In this document: one piece after another, positions 12,671-25,644 of the stretch
Position numbering within the stretch: position 1 is the stretch's first letter
Layout of the letters: the number at the start of each line of letters is the position of its first letter
Assembly (NCBI GenBank): GCA_023213395.1
Contig: CM041465.1
Coordinates: forward strand, 191,153,741 to 191,217,740
Direction: 5' to 3'
DNA: 64,000 nucleotides
Source of the DNA: Cycas panzhihuaensis
Taxonomy: Eukaryota > Plantae > Cycadophyta
Program-made: the position numbers and the translations under genes
The notes under the pieces: generated by a model
The model's database searches: none
What the model saw: only the letters and a program-made list of their open reading frames with translations
Told to the model about the DNA's origin: nothing

Positions 12671-15600
12671 TAGCTAAGGTTTTTTTTTTTAATGTGATAA
12701 ATGAAATGAGGTTTACAAGTGTTTGAATTTAAAATTTGAACCAAGTGTTAATATCTTAAGTTTTACCCAAAGTTTTCAAAATGAACTAGTCCCTAATAAG
12801 CCTTCTACACTCTAAAATTATGGGTCTCCAAGGGAAACCTTTTGTTGTTATTCTATCTAGTGGCACCTACCTACAAGTAGAAAAATAATGACTAAATATA
12901 CTAGTACATGAGCTCAAGGCTCAATATAACTCAGTACGTGGGCTACTACAAAGGTTTTTACACCCCCCTAAATTATGGATCCACCTGCATTATATGTCTA
13001 GTGATAGATATAGTGGTGAAGGTTGCACGAACTAAGGTACTCACCCTCTCCAGGTCTAGCCTTGGTCTCCAAACACTAAATGAATATTAGGTTCTTCACC
13101 TCAGCTTGCCACCTAATACACCTTATAGCTAATGAGTTTCCTCATCCAATATGAGTAGGTAAATTAGCATGTACGTGGTGGTAACTTCAGGGGTCCTAAT
13201 CGTTCCCCTTGCAAAGCTGGAAAAAAGTGTGATTGATTTGAGGATTATCTTTTTTAATGTGATAAATTATTAATTAAAAATTATAGTCTTGCTTAGGGTT
13301 TGAAAAGTTCTTTTTTATGTAATAAATAAAGTAACTAAAAGAAAATAAATCTACTAAGCAAGAGAATAATAAAGAATAGACAATAGAGATTAACTTATAT
13401 GAAATAGAGATATCTTTTAAACTTTTAAAAGAATATATGCAATAAACTTTTCTTCAAATCTTACTAAATCAAGTGAATGAAGTGATGACCTTTTTTCTTT
13501 TTCAAGTAAGCCAAAGAATACTAGAAGATATACAAACTAATTTTTTAGCTTGATATGTTTGTAGAAAGAAAATAAGAATATATATGTTCCTTTAATGCTT
13601 TAAACAATATAAAACTAAAGTTTAGTTACTTTTAATGATAAATAAATAGATAAGTAAAGATATTTTTTGACTAACTTATAGCTTTCAAAAAATAATAAGG
13701 AGCTAAAGCAAAATGAAAAATGACTTCTATGTCAATGTAGAATGAAATAACTTTTTTGGCAATGTATGGAAGATAGTGAGAATGACTAATTATCCTTTTA
13801 AAACAAAGTAGTTGTATATAAAAATTAAAATTCTAAAGTAGGACCTTTACTTAATGTGATGAAAATATCTAAAGTAATAAGTATTCAATGGGTAATGTAG
13901 AAAGTAAATAGATGTAGTACAGATTATACCTATTTGTTGAAGTAGCGCCACTTAATTTGCTGAAAACTCTAAGTGCTAAAGAATTAACTTATAGATATAA
14001 AATAGCTTTAAAAATGCATACAAAAGCCAACAATAGCTTCAAGAATAGATTACTAGTGATCAATAATGTAAGTATAATCCTTTTAAAATAATAAATTACT
14101 TAAAGAGTTATAAGATCAAGGCTATTAAGGCTGAACAAGAAGCTTAATATTACTAGCTTTAAACACCTACAAAATGATGTCAATTTGAAGTAAAACTTAT
14201 TCCAATATAAAGAATATTAAAAACCCTTTCCAATGAATCCAACCATTTAAAAAACAGGCTCATATAGCTCAAGATATTAATGGATGAATGTGAGGACCCT
14301 TTTAAGGGCTTAAAGTGGAGCCATGGGGCTTAGATGCTATAAAATTTAAATTAAATCTTTATAGAATGATACTAAAATAGTCAGATATAGATTAGAGATC
14401 CCTTAGTGTGTCTCAAGCTAAAGAAACTTAGAAAAATTTGCTTTAATATTGCTCAAAATAATGAACTAAATCAAATAGGTTACCTCAACTTCACTAGCTT
14501 TCAAAACCTATAAAACAACTTCAAATTAGATAAAACATTATACCAGCGTGTAGAGGATCAAACCAACTTTCCAATGAAATAGGCAGTTTGAAAAATAGAG
14601 CTTATATACTAGAGTTATTGTAGAAAAGGTAAAAGGACCTCTTTACAATTACCAAAATAAAGGTTGAATAAAGAGGTCACTTTGATCGATTCAATCTCAG
14701 TCAAAAAGGTTTTAAATTTGATAAATAAATAGTCCACACTAAAGTTCTTTGAAAAATGAATACAATGGACCTAGTTTTGTTGAAAACCAATAAGCTAGAG
14801 AGAAGATATAGTGAAAATGTAATAGTAACCTTTTAAGAGAAAATATAAATAAAACTTTATAACTAAAAATTAATTAGCCCTTTGAATACGTAGGCTAATG
14901 GTCACATGAAGGTCAAATAAAACTGAGGGATAATGAATGAAAGGGGCTAAGATTAAATTGAACCACTTAGACTTCAAGTCACAATACAATATATTTTAAT
15001 TTGATTAAACCTTAAAAAAAAATAAAAATTAATCGATTGAACACACCGTCGTGAATCGTTGACAAAACAGAGACAAATATTGATTTAAAATATGGCAAAA
15101 TGGAGATCAAATCAATCTAAGGATGATTTATGGAGGTGCATCATCAATCTACGAAAGGATTCTATGAATGCAAAGCAAAGATTATGATTAGAATTCTTGG
15201 ATTAATAACTAGGGTGGATCCACAGAGAGCAGACACTGAGATCTATGGCCAAGATAAACTGAAACACGATGTAGAGCTAAACAAAAATGGTGAATGAACA
15301 GAGAACAACCATGTCAACATTAAATGCTAAGAGCACAATATTTTATGCTTAGTATCAGAGAGGGTACTTAGTGGTCTAAGGAGGAAGTACAGGGTTCTAT
15401 AGATCAGAGAGGGTACTTAGCAGTTTGAGGAGGATATCTCCACTTCTGGTGCACGAAACGCCAAACAGATTCTTCCATTGCAAAGATAACTCGAATATAA
15501 TCAAAACAAGTAGTCTCTTGATGGGGTTTTGATCACTAGTTTGGGAGTTTGACTGCTCTAAAGTTTGGGTTGTTTATTTATCCAAAGAACTAAACTGAGA

Positions 15601-15866
15601 ACTACTGAAAAAACGACGTAAAATCTTTGAAAAAAATCTTTTTCCTTCCAAATCACAATATCCTATACACAACTAAGTTTATTGCAAAAGATCAAGAGTT
15701 AAATGTCCAAATAGAGCATATATATATCAAATGGAGGTCGCTCATGTTAATATATTAAATATACCAATGATAAACCTTATTGTAAACTTTAATATAAAGG
15801 AGAATAATGGGGAAAAAAATACAGTATACAATTGCTATTGATGAAACCATGCGCTCTAATACTAAA

Positions 15867-16219
15867 TGAAGGATGAGGTGTAGAGGGCATTTACATTTAT
15901 AAGTGCATTGTATCTCTTCAATATAAAATTCCCAATGAATAGAGGGCAGTGTTAAAAAACACTAGGGAGGTATTCCCACCCCTTTTATAGAAAAGTTTAG
16001 GGAGGCAGCAAGCACCTCAACCTGACCTGTAAACAATTTTAAATTAGTATTAAAAAAATAAAAATAATAAATATGGACGTATCTTAATTAAAGTGCGTCA
16101 TCATATGGGTGGATATTAATGGTTGTTATGTGGCCCAAGGTGCCCTAAGGAACCCTAAAGGTGGCTTTGAGGGGCCCTAGGTACATATCAACAAATACAC
16201 ATTGGGTGTTATCCCAATA
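15867..16219 (-). repeat. 5' LTR of copia
   Basis: Matches 8068-8423; PBS adjacent. Confidence 0.9.
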
Positions 16220-16224
16220 GAGTC

Positions 16225-19200
16225 TTAGCTAAGATCTTGTTAAATGCTTCCACCTCGCCATTTGTTTGAGGATGATAAGGGGTGGATATTCTATGGGTGA
16301 TATGAAACTTATTACACAACTCACTGACATGGGGATTACAAAATTAAGTCTCATTATCAATAATGATAATATTCGATATCCCAACCCTACAAATGATATG
16401 TTGAAATATGAACGTGGCAATAATCTTTCCAGTAGAAGAGACTAATGGGATAGCTTTACTCCACTTCATAAAGTATTCAGATGGTTGAAATGAACTTATA
16501 CCCATTAGACAATGCTGGAAAGATCTATCCAATGAGATCGAGACCCCATTGGGAAAAAGGACAAGGTGAAACTATCGATTTCATTTCCAGTGTAAGCTTG
16601 TGTATCAAAGTTGCATGGGATTAGCATTTCTAACAATTTTAAACGTAAGAGTGGGCATCTTTAAATAAGGTAGACCAATAACAACCCATACAAAGAATAC
16701 ATTGGGCCATTGATCAACCACCAAAGTGTACACTATATATTTCTTCATGGGATTCTGTCAAGGCAACTAATGATTCATTAGGTGAAAGTCACCTTAATAG
16801 AATACCATCATCGAAAGAACATTTATACAGTACTTCAACAAATAAAAGGTATTGTATAGTAGTAGCTTAGATTTGTCTTCTCTTCTTTGAAGTAGTAAGA
16901 GAAGGAAAAGATTGAACGTGCAAATATAATCTGATCTCCCCATACTAAGGATCATCACAAAGGATGTCCTGGATATGGAAGATATGTTCATTTGGAAGGG
17001 AATCATTAACAGGTTAACCAATGAGATTAGAGAGAGGAGCAGCGACCATGATCTCCGGAATGATCATTCCCTTTTTTGATTTCTTACTAACCATTTGTAA
17101 GTCAAATTCTTGAAGCAATAAAGACCACTTACCTAATCGACTAATAAGGTTAGACTTGGTAAGTAAATATCTTATAGGATATGATTAAACAATGAGGTGG
17201 ACCCTATTTCTGAGGAGGTAGTGGTGCAGCTTCTTAGTAATAAAAACTAAAGCAAGGCACTCTTTTTTAGGATAAGGATAGTGAAGCTCAACTGCTATGA
17301 GGGGCTTGCTAATAAAATAAATAGCCCTTTCTTTACTAAAACCATCCTCTTATGTTAGCATCCCTACTAATGATTCCTCTGTAGTTGAATTGTATAAAAT
17401 GAATGGTTTATCAAACCTTGGCAAAGCAAGAACTGGAGTAAAAACTAAGGCTTGCTCCAACTTATTGAAGGACTCTTAAACTTGAGGAGTCCATCACAAT
17501 TCAACATCTTTCTTTAAAAGATTATTGATAGGCTTAGCATCCAAGGCGAAATCAATGATGACATATCTTAAGAAACGAAGTCTACCTAGAAAAGATTTGA
17601 TTTGCTTTTGGGTCTTGCAGAGAGGCATTTAAATAATAGTCTCAATTTTTTTGAGATTAATTATAATCCTATCTTGGGAAACAATTTTTCCCAACATCTT
17701 CCTTGATGTAATGGAAAAAACACACTTGAAATGATTAAGACACAAGCGATACACTTTACACCTCTTAAAAATTATTCTTAAATCACATAAATGATCAGAC
17801 CTTTTGCATGAAAGGGTAAGCATATCATCCAAATATATGGCAATAATATTACTAATCAAGTCATGGAAAATGTAGACTATAGCCCTTTAATATGTCGTAA
17901 CAACATTCTTCAATCCAAATAGCATGACTTTATAAACGAAGGTGCCCCAATGAGTGGTGAAAGCAGTCTTGTAGCAGTCGTGAGATATGATAGAAATCTA
18001 TTTATATCTTAAAAAACCATCTATAAGAGACATTACTTCGAAACCAGCCATCTGATCCTAGATCTAATCAAGAAAATAGAGAGAAAAATTATCTTTGGGA
18101 TACGCATCATTGATGTCATGAAAGTCAATGTAAATTTGAATCGTACCATTCTTCTTTGCTACAAGAACTATGTTAGAGACCCATTGAGAATAGTTAACAC
18201 TTTCAATAAATCCATCTCTTAATAGCTTCTCTACTTCATGCTTAATAGCAAGGGAGAGGCATGGGTGGATAGGACATTATTTTTGTCATTTAGGCTTTAT
18301 GTTAGAAATTACTATAATGTTATGTTTAATAATTTGGAAGTCAAGGCCTTGCATATCTTTATAGTCCCACGTGAAAATTGAACAGAACTCATGAAAGATA
18401 TCTTTAAACTAAGCGATGTCTTAGGAAGTACAACTAGCTCATAACTTGATAATTTTAAGAATATTCTCTATCTCCAAATCTATATCAATGGTTTGTTCCA
18501 TAAGCATCACATTTCCTTCCTCGCAATAAGGAGGGGCATGCTCAATTAAAGAAATAGACTCCTAGGTTTGAGAATGATCAACTAAGACTCTTGAAAAACC
18601 CAACTTGTGATGCCCATAAGGGAAATCAGGAGATGAACTAGCTAGATGCTCTATGATCACTTCGTCATTTTTAAAATGGTCTAAATGAAAGAGGTTGATG
18701 AGGAGAAGGTTTTTAGATTGGAAGGTAGATGGAGATAAAGGTATGAAGGGTGAAAATAGACTAATCAAAGAGTCTGAATAAGTGGGAATGAACTCCATGA
18801 TCGAAGAAACATGAGAAAAGAAGATGGGCCTATCAATGAACTCCTAAACTGAGAAAAAAACTTGGTTAGACTCTTGATGATTCATACCATGGTCATGGTG
18901 AGACCAAGATATCAGAATAAGAGAAGATGGTGAAGGATCCACATGAGGATGGGTAGGAAAAAAGATAATAGAGATGGAATTAACTTCTTGTACTATAGTG
19001 GAGGTATCACGACTATTTTGACCTGTATTAAGTGAATTAGTATCTTCACCCTCTGATACTAGGTCTGGGTGTCAATGCAGCAACATCTTCCTCTCATGTA
19101 TATTCAACCATATCTTAAAGAAAGAGGAATGAGAGAAAGATGGGGGAGCTTTAAGACATGAATTATACACAATTGTACTTGAAGAAGTAGTAACTGAATG

Positions 19201-19900
19201 AGTGGTAATGGAAGGAACCACTGGGTTTACCCTTGAGGGTAAGCACAAAACCTGTGAGAAATGATCATGAATAGGAGGGAAGGTACTTATGCCAGCAAGC
19301 CCAACTGGGGATAGACCTTAATGAGGTACGATGGAGCAAGAAGTTGCTTCTTCATCAAAAATAGGAAAAGAAGAAACTAAGAAGTAATCAGTTGACTTTG
19401 AAGGAATAAGAGTAGGTGAGGAGCCTAATGACAAAGGAATGACTTTAACTAAATCCACACCCTTTACCTCAGGTTGGGTAGAAGGGGCTTCAATAGCAAA
19501 GTACTAACCAAGACCAAGCGATTAAAAGAAATACTCCATGGAATCGAAGGATTCATTAGGTTCCAAAAAAGTCTTAATAAGAGGAACTGATTACTTAATT
19601 AATTTGGGCTTTCACTTAATAATCTTCAATTATCCCTCATGGATGAATTTAAGTTCACCAAAGAGGGAGGAACAAACCATTGTCATTTAGGCAATCCATG
19701 GTCTACCCAAAAGTATATTATATTCTAAGTCTAGGTCAATAATGGTAACAAAGTCCCTTGATGTCTTATCATAGTTCTACTTAATAGCCAATAAAGATTT
19801 AATGCCTGATTCAAATGGTCTTGCCACATCAAAATAGTTGATAGAGTCAACTAATTATTAGAACAAGATGATGGAAACTAAGGGGAGATGATAAGACCAC
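16225..19900 (-). pseudogene. Tat pol remnant: protease, RT, RNase H, N-terminal integrase
   Basis: YNILLGRPWI (PR); IYLDDML..HLCDLRIIF.RC..Y.LCLN..KCVF (RT); LLQEFDLQ (RH); EYFMKWSKAIPL..IICRVGI (INT). Confidence 0.88.
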
Positions 19901-21340
19901 TTCAAGGTATCGCCTTAAAGCGATTTAAGAAATAGGTGCATCATGGCATAATCATATGGCATGAAATCTATACAACCAAGTACAAATACCTATATATGGG
20001 AAGTGGGGTCTTGAGAAGAGTCACTAAAAAATTTAGGTAACTCGAGAAGAAAAAGAGGCATAAGTAATAATAAGACATCACACAAAAAGGAAGACTTCAT
20101 ATAATCATGAAAAGGTCTCCTTGGCCTCAACGTAGTAGGATATTGAGGTAAGGATAACGGATGTGGAGTAGATGAATGGATAGGTTGTTATGATTGTGGT
20201 TGCTATTATAAAACATCATTAGGTGGAAGAGCAGAGGGGGCAATAAACTATGCTACGGGGTTAACCATAGAGTTGGTTTGAGGTATAAGGTGTTGAGAGA
20301 AACTTGGATTGAAAGTGTAAAAAGGATTGGGTTGTGGAGTAGGTCTAAGAATGTGTGAAGAAGAAGCAAGATTGAAAATCCTTAAATATTGTAATTGACT
20401 TACTGAAACATGAGGATGAGCAAAATGAGTGTAAGAAATATGTTATGCAGAGGGAATTATATTAGATGCTCTAGGAGATGGTGGATGAGGTATAATACCA
20501 TAGGACCGAATGGTATGTGATGTATGAGGGGGTAATTGAGTGGTAGAGAAAACAAGATGGGGAGGGGTAATCATAGTGGAATAAGAACAAATCGGTTGTA
20601 AATTAGGTAAAGTTGTAACCACTTGACTAGAAGTGGATAAATATGTAGCACTAAGGTTACCATGGGTAGCAATAATAATACCTCCATGGGTAGGAGATAT
20701 GGAATGATATGAATGAATTTGAACTTATTGTTGAGGGGGAGATTGACGAGGTTGTGATTGAGTTGATTTATGGTTGTCAATTTCCTCCAAAGACAGGGAA
20801 TGGGATCGCAAAATAGGTATTAGTGAGGGACGATGAGAAGGATGAGAAGATTGAATAGCACCAGGTGGGGGCTCTACCTCTATTGACTCATAATCGTCAC
20901 CTAAGGGATCTATCTATAGATGTTATGGTAGGGATGTCATGGTATGAGTCTCTACGTAAAATGGGTCATGGTAACTAGGCATACATAGTGGAGTAGGGAT
21001 CCTAATAAGAATCAACTTAAAAAATAATGAATGTGGTTGACTAGAAGGTGATTCTTCTTGTGAAAAAGAAGGATCTATGAAAGGAGAATCACCAGGATAT
21101 TTAGAAGGTTCTAGATATCATTGCTTCATCGGTATATTATATAATTAGGTTGAATCTTTAGGATGATAAACATAGGTGTCATATGCTTGAAGTTTAGAAG
21201 ACTCAACATAAGATGATCAAACCTCTTGACCAAAGTGTGAAGGGCATACTTGAGAATCAAGCAGAAGGCCTTAGAGTCTCAATAAGCGCCTAGGTGTAGG
21301 TGTTGTCAATTCCATTGCTTTAAATGAGAATAAATAGTAG

Positions 21341-21359
21341 ACCCCTAGTATGGTCGCCA
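21341..21359 (-). other. Primer binding site of Tat element (tRNA-Arg type)
   Basis: Minus strand TGGCGACCATACTAGGGGT, a few nt inside the LTR end. Confidence 0.7.
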
Positions 21360-22482
21360 GAAATATGGTTTAGAAATTCTTGGGAGGACCTCGATTAAAT
21401 ATCTCTTTATTCTTATTCCGATTAAAATTGGGAGACAAGAAGTTCAGGTAGTCCTAATGGACCACCTTTTCCCAACTCTTAAGGAGGATTCTTTGCCTAG
21501 TAGTGCCATCTAATAAAGTGTGAATGGATGTGATGAAAGATATGGATATGAAAGGGGAGTAGTAGAATTCACTAACCTACAAAACTAGGCGAAGGAGTCC
21601 TAAATTCAGAGCTACACTAATAGTATCTTCAATATCCTTCCTAGGGACTCCTCTCATGTGATCTTTTCAACCTTTTGGGAAGGTAATCTAATAGAAAAGT
21701 GGTTTGTATTATTTTATTCATTATCTTTGTTTGTGCTTACTTTATTTTTTAAGAAAAATATACTTACAGGAGAATATGATAGAATGTATATCAAATAACC
21801 ATAAACCAATATTGCATCAATACATCAATGTATCATAATTACAATAGCATAAACCATGAAAGTATTATTATTCAATCCATTATAATAGAAATGAGCATTA
21901 CAAATTTCCAATAAGGAGGTGATGTCTAAAGACACCAAGGTTGCACACCCCTTAATATTTATAATTTGGGGGAGGAGGGAAACTCCTCAACCCCTGAATT
22001 TAAAATAATAATAAAATAATGTTAACTCAAATGAAACTAACTCGACTTAACATAAATCAAAGTTAAACTTACCTTAACTTACCTTGATATGTTGAGCATC
22101 ACATGCCTAAATTGAAGATGGTGAGGTGTACAATCCTGGTTAGAAGGTGGGAGTGGAGTGATGATAATTAACTCTAGCATTCTCCCCCTTAATGTCATCA
22201 TGAATACTTGTATCTTTTCCTTGAACTTATGGAACTTGTACTTAAAAAAAACTTTGAAATTCTGATCTTGATTAACATACTTCAACCTTCTTACAAAATA
22301 TATCTCTTTACCAAGGTATGATGCAAAGAAACTATAAGTAGATGATGCTTAATTCAAGTATGTATGTATAAATGTAACTTCGACTTTGTTAACTAGAATA
22401 TTAAGAAAATTTTAAATTTGAACTTTATCTTTTGTAATCTGTATGCTGTCAACAACTGTCATATCAAAAGATTCCTTTTTTA

Positions 22483-22899
22483 TCATATCAGATTCTCCCC
22501 CTCAAATGGAGGATCAAATCCTTGTGCAGCAAGTTGGTCTTGCATTTGATCTAAATCTTCATTGGTTTTGTCATTATGATCTACCTGTTCTGTAACTTGT
22601 CTCATATGCTCATCAAAATTATCATCAAATACATGGAGGGTATCTCCCCCATAAATAGAAATCAATACATTCCAAACTGATTTAGAAGTTGTTAATTCAG
22701 AAACCTTTGAAAAAACGTTACCATTCTTAGTGCAAAATAATAATCCTAATGCTTCATTATCCTTTCTAATGTTTTACTTAATAGTAACATCATAGTCGTG
22801 TTATAAATACTTCCATAGATCATGTGCAATAAAATAAGTTTTCATAATCTTATGCCATTCTAAAAACTTTTGCCCATTAAATATGAGTAATTGTGCCAT
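22483..22899 (-). pseudogene. Copia gag N-terminal remnant
   Basis: MAQLLIFNGQKFLEWHKIMKTYFIAHDLWKYL...RKDNEALGL...SKSVWNVLISIYGG. Confidence 0.8.
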
Positions 22900-23972
22900 G
22901 TTATAAAAAACTTTAGTATAAAAGTATGCTTTTACTAAGTCAAGAAGTTCAATAAATGCAATGAATATATGTAATTTTAAATAAAGATTTTGAAGTAGAT
23001 GTAATTCCTTTTGAAAATAAATGAACTAAATGCAATAAGGAAATAATGAATATAGAAGCAACTTTGAAATCATATACCAATATTCTTCTAACGATACAAA
23101 TATAAAATAAGACCTTAACCTTTGGATTTTCTTCAAATGAATAAATGTAAATTCTCAATGAAATAAATCCTTAGCCTTGATGATAATATATAATGCTAAA
23201 AAGACTAAAATATATGTATATTTTACTTTGAAAGATAAGGAGTATAAAGAAACTTTTTAAAGGAAGGGTTAGAGGACAACCTTAAGTTTGACAGCTTCAA
23301 AAATATACTAAATGATATCAGAATGATGTGAAACTTTACGAGTATGAAGATAAACAAAATATGAATCCAACAGAATTAGCCGTTTTAAAAACAGGTTCCT
23401 ATAAGTCAAGTTTTGATGATCTAAAGGAAATGGGCCTTATTTTGAGGCCTAACAGGAGCTGGGGCTTAAAATTGTATAAAAATGCTAATAAAACTTTATA
23501 AAATACTGATAAATGATTAAATATTATTTGGAAGACTGCTCAATATACTTTCAACTAAAAATTTTGAGAAATATATATAAAAAATGTGCAAAAATAGTAA
23601 ATTTGAGGTAATTAAGTACCTCTACTTTGATCGATTTGAAAATCAGTAAAAATACATTAAAACATATAAAAAAAACTATGTCAATTCGAAGGGGAACGAG
23701 TTATCTTCCCAACAAAACTAACAGAACTGAGTTTTGATGTCAAACAAAAAAGTTACAGTATAAATAGTAATAGGTACCTTTATGGTACAATGTTAAGAAA
23801 AATGCTAAAAAGCACTAAAATGTCAATTTCAGTGATTAAAATAATAGTCAAAATTAATTCTAAAAAATAAAATAAAATATGGGTTTTAAAGTTTGTCGAA
23901 CTAGATCAATGTAGAATAAATTTGGGCTGAAAATAATTTCCAGGTAATAAGAGGCAACCAGTTCAAAAAGTG

Positions 23973-24799
23973 TTTGTTAGATAGGTTGTGGAAGCAAGTG
24001 GAGTGGCACTTGAGAATATTCACACCAATCAAAATTGTGCTGATATATTCACTAAACCAGTACCATTAGAGAAGTTCAAATGGTGTTTGACTTCTCTTGG
24101 CTTATAGAAAAGATGATGAATGATCCAGGAAAGGTAGCGGGTAATTGTTGTCAAGGTGGAGATTGTTGGGTATTGTGACAACAATTATAGGCCTAAAATT
24201 ATGGCCTGTTTTCGGTGTGGTTTCCCCCCCTAATCTTTCTTGGGGGGTTCCAAGGGGGGCGGGAGTCCCCCTTGGTCAGGTGTGGGGACGAGAACGCCCC
24301 ACTAGGAGGGGGTTCGGGGGCGATAGCCCAATTCAAAAATTGACCATGTAAACCTTATTAAAGTGAAAAGAGAATCAGGGTCATACATTGAAAATACCCT
24401 AGATTCTACGGTTGAGATTTTAGGTCTTGGATGTCCTCTCATGTAGCCCGTTTTAGGGCTTTTCTTATTATGTTGTAATGTTATGCAATGTACTGTGAAG
24501 AGGGCGGCGGTTGATTGTTGTTCTAGAGAGCACTCTGTATCTATGATGTACTATTTTCTCCATTCTGCAGCAATAAAGATCGCTACCTTTCCTGTGTGGA
24601 TGTTTCCCTAGCACACTTCTAGGGTTTTACCACGTTATATCGAGTGCACATGTGATGTTTAGCTTTCATTATCTTGTTACTGTATAATCTCTGGTTTTAA
24701 GAACTTGCATGTAATTTGTATGTTTCATTTCTATAACTAGTTGTAAGAAAGTAAAAGATCTTGGTGGCTGTTAGAGGGTTGGACCTTCTATTCTCAACA
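23973..24799 (+). mobile_element. 3' end fragment of a Tork-like copia (RNase H C-terminus, PPT, 636-bp LTR 24164-24799)
   Basis: IHTNQNCADIFTKPVPLEKFKWCLTSLGL; PPT AAGGTGGAGA; LTR TGTTG...CAACA homologous to 34795-35470. Confidence 0.88.
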
Positions 24800-25399
24800 A
24801 GTGGGAGTCTTTGTATGCTACATTGAAGAGCTTCGTGCAGAATTATTATGAGGCTTTTTAATTTTCATTTGCTTGATTTACATCCTTCCTTTACTACTTT
24901 GTATCCATTTACTCCTTTTATTCACAGTTACATAGGCTCGTGTATGCCATTGTATAGGGTTGTGCAGTGTTTGTAGGGTCAAAAAAAATGTAGGCTCCCA
25001 TGATCTGTAATAAGTGTTGGCTTGGGTAAGTTTCTGGAGTTGGGTTCCTATTCGAAACACCCACTTAATGTTTGTTCAGATTGGTACGAAATATTGAAGA
25101 GGAGGGTTTGGAGAAAGGATTCATAGAAATATTTTCGGTGCTAAATCTATAAGATCGGAGCATAAGTCTGGCTTGAGACAGCTACTTGTGTATTATTTTA
25201 GTCTTTATGTAAAATCAAGCTTGACATTAATTGACAACCTTCTTGCATAAGAAGTTTATTCTGTGTTCCCCCTCTTTTTTTTATGAATGGTCAACAAGTG
25301 AAATAAAATAATACCGAATATTTTCCTTTTCACGTTTTGATAAAAGCCTCTTTACGGCACACTACTTTGATGGAACTCTCAACACCAAATTTGGGCAAG

Positions 25400-25644
25400 A
25401 ACAGGAGCAGATTTAGGAGATTCATTTTTCTCAGTATTCTACAGAAATTTCTCCATATGATGAAAGGAAGGATCTTAGGAGGCTTGTAGAGATTTCTCAA
25501 GAAGATTCCCATAAGTCACAGGAGCAGGTTGTTGAGCGTGTTAAGCATCTAGAAGAAGACATAAAGAATGCCAAGCATGAAGCCTTTGCCTTGAGAGCTG
25601 AGAGAGATCGGCTTGTGTTGGAAGTAAGCTATGCACGGGAAAGG
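25400..25644 (+). pseudogene. NUA: Captured fragment of nuclear pore anchor (NUA/TPR/Mlp) coding sequence
   Basis: Translation ERKDLRRLVEISQEDSHKSQEQVVERVKHLEEDIKNAKHEAFALRAERDRLVLEVSYARER matches recalled plant NUA segment GRK.LL.LLE.SQE..K.AQE...ER...LEED..K.RSE...LR.ERDKLA.EANFARE. Confidence 0.75.

Larger units (their letters stand above)
8068..16219 (-). mobile_element. Ty1/copia LTR retrotransposon, full length but degenerate, inserted in Tat integrase
   Basis: LTRs 8068-8423 and 15867-16219; TSD GAATC/GAGTC; PPT 8424-8432; degenerate Met PBS ~15851-15864; gag-PR-INT-RT-RH order. Confidence 0.92.
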
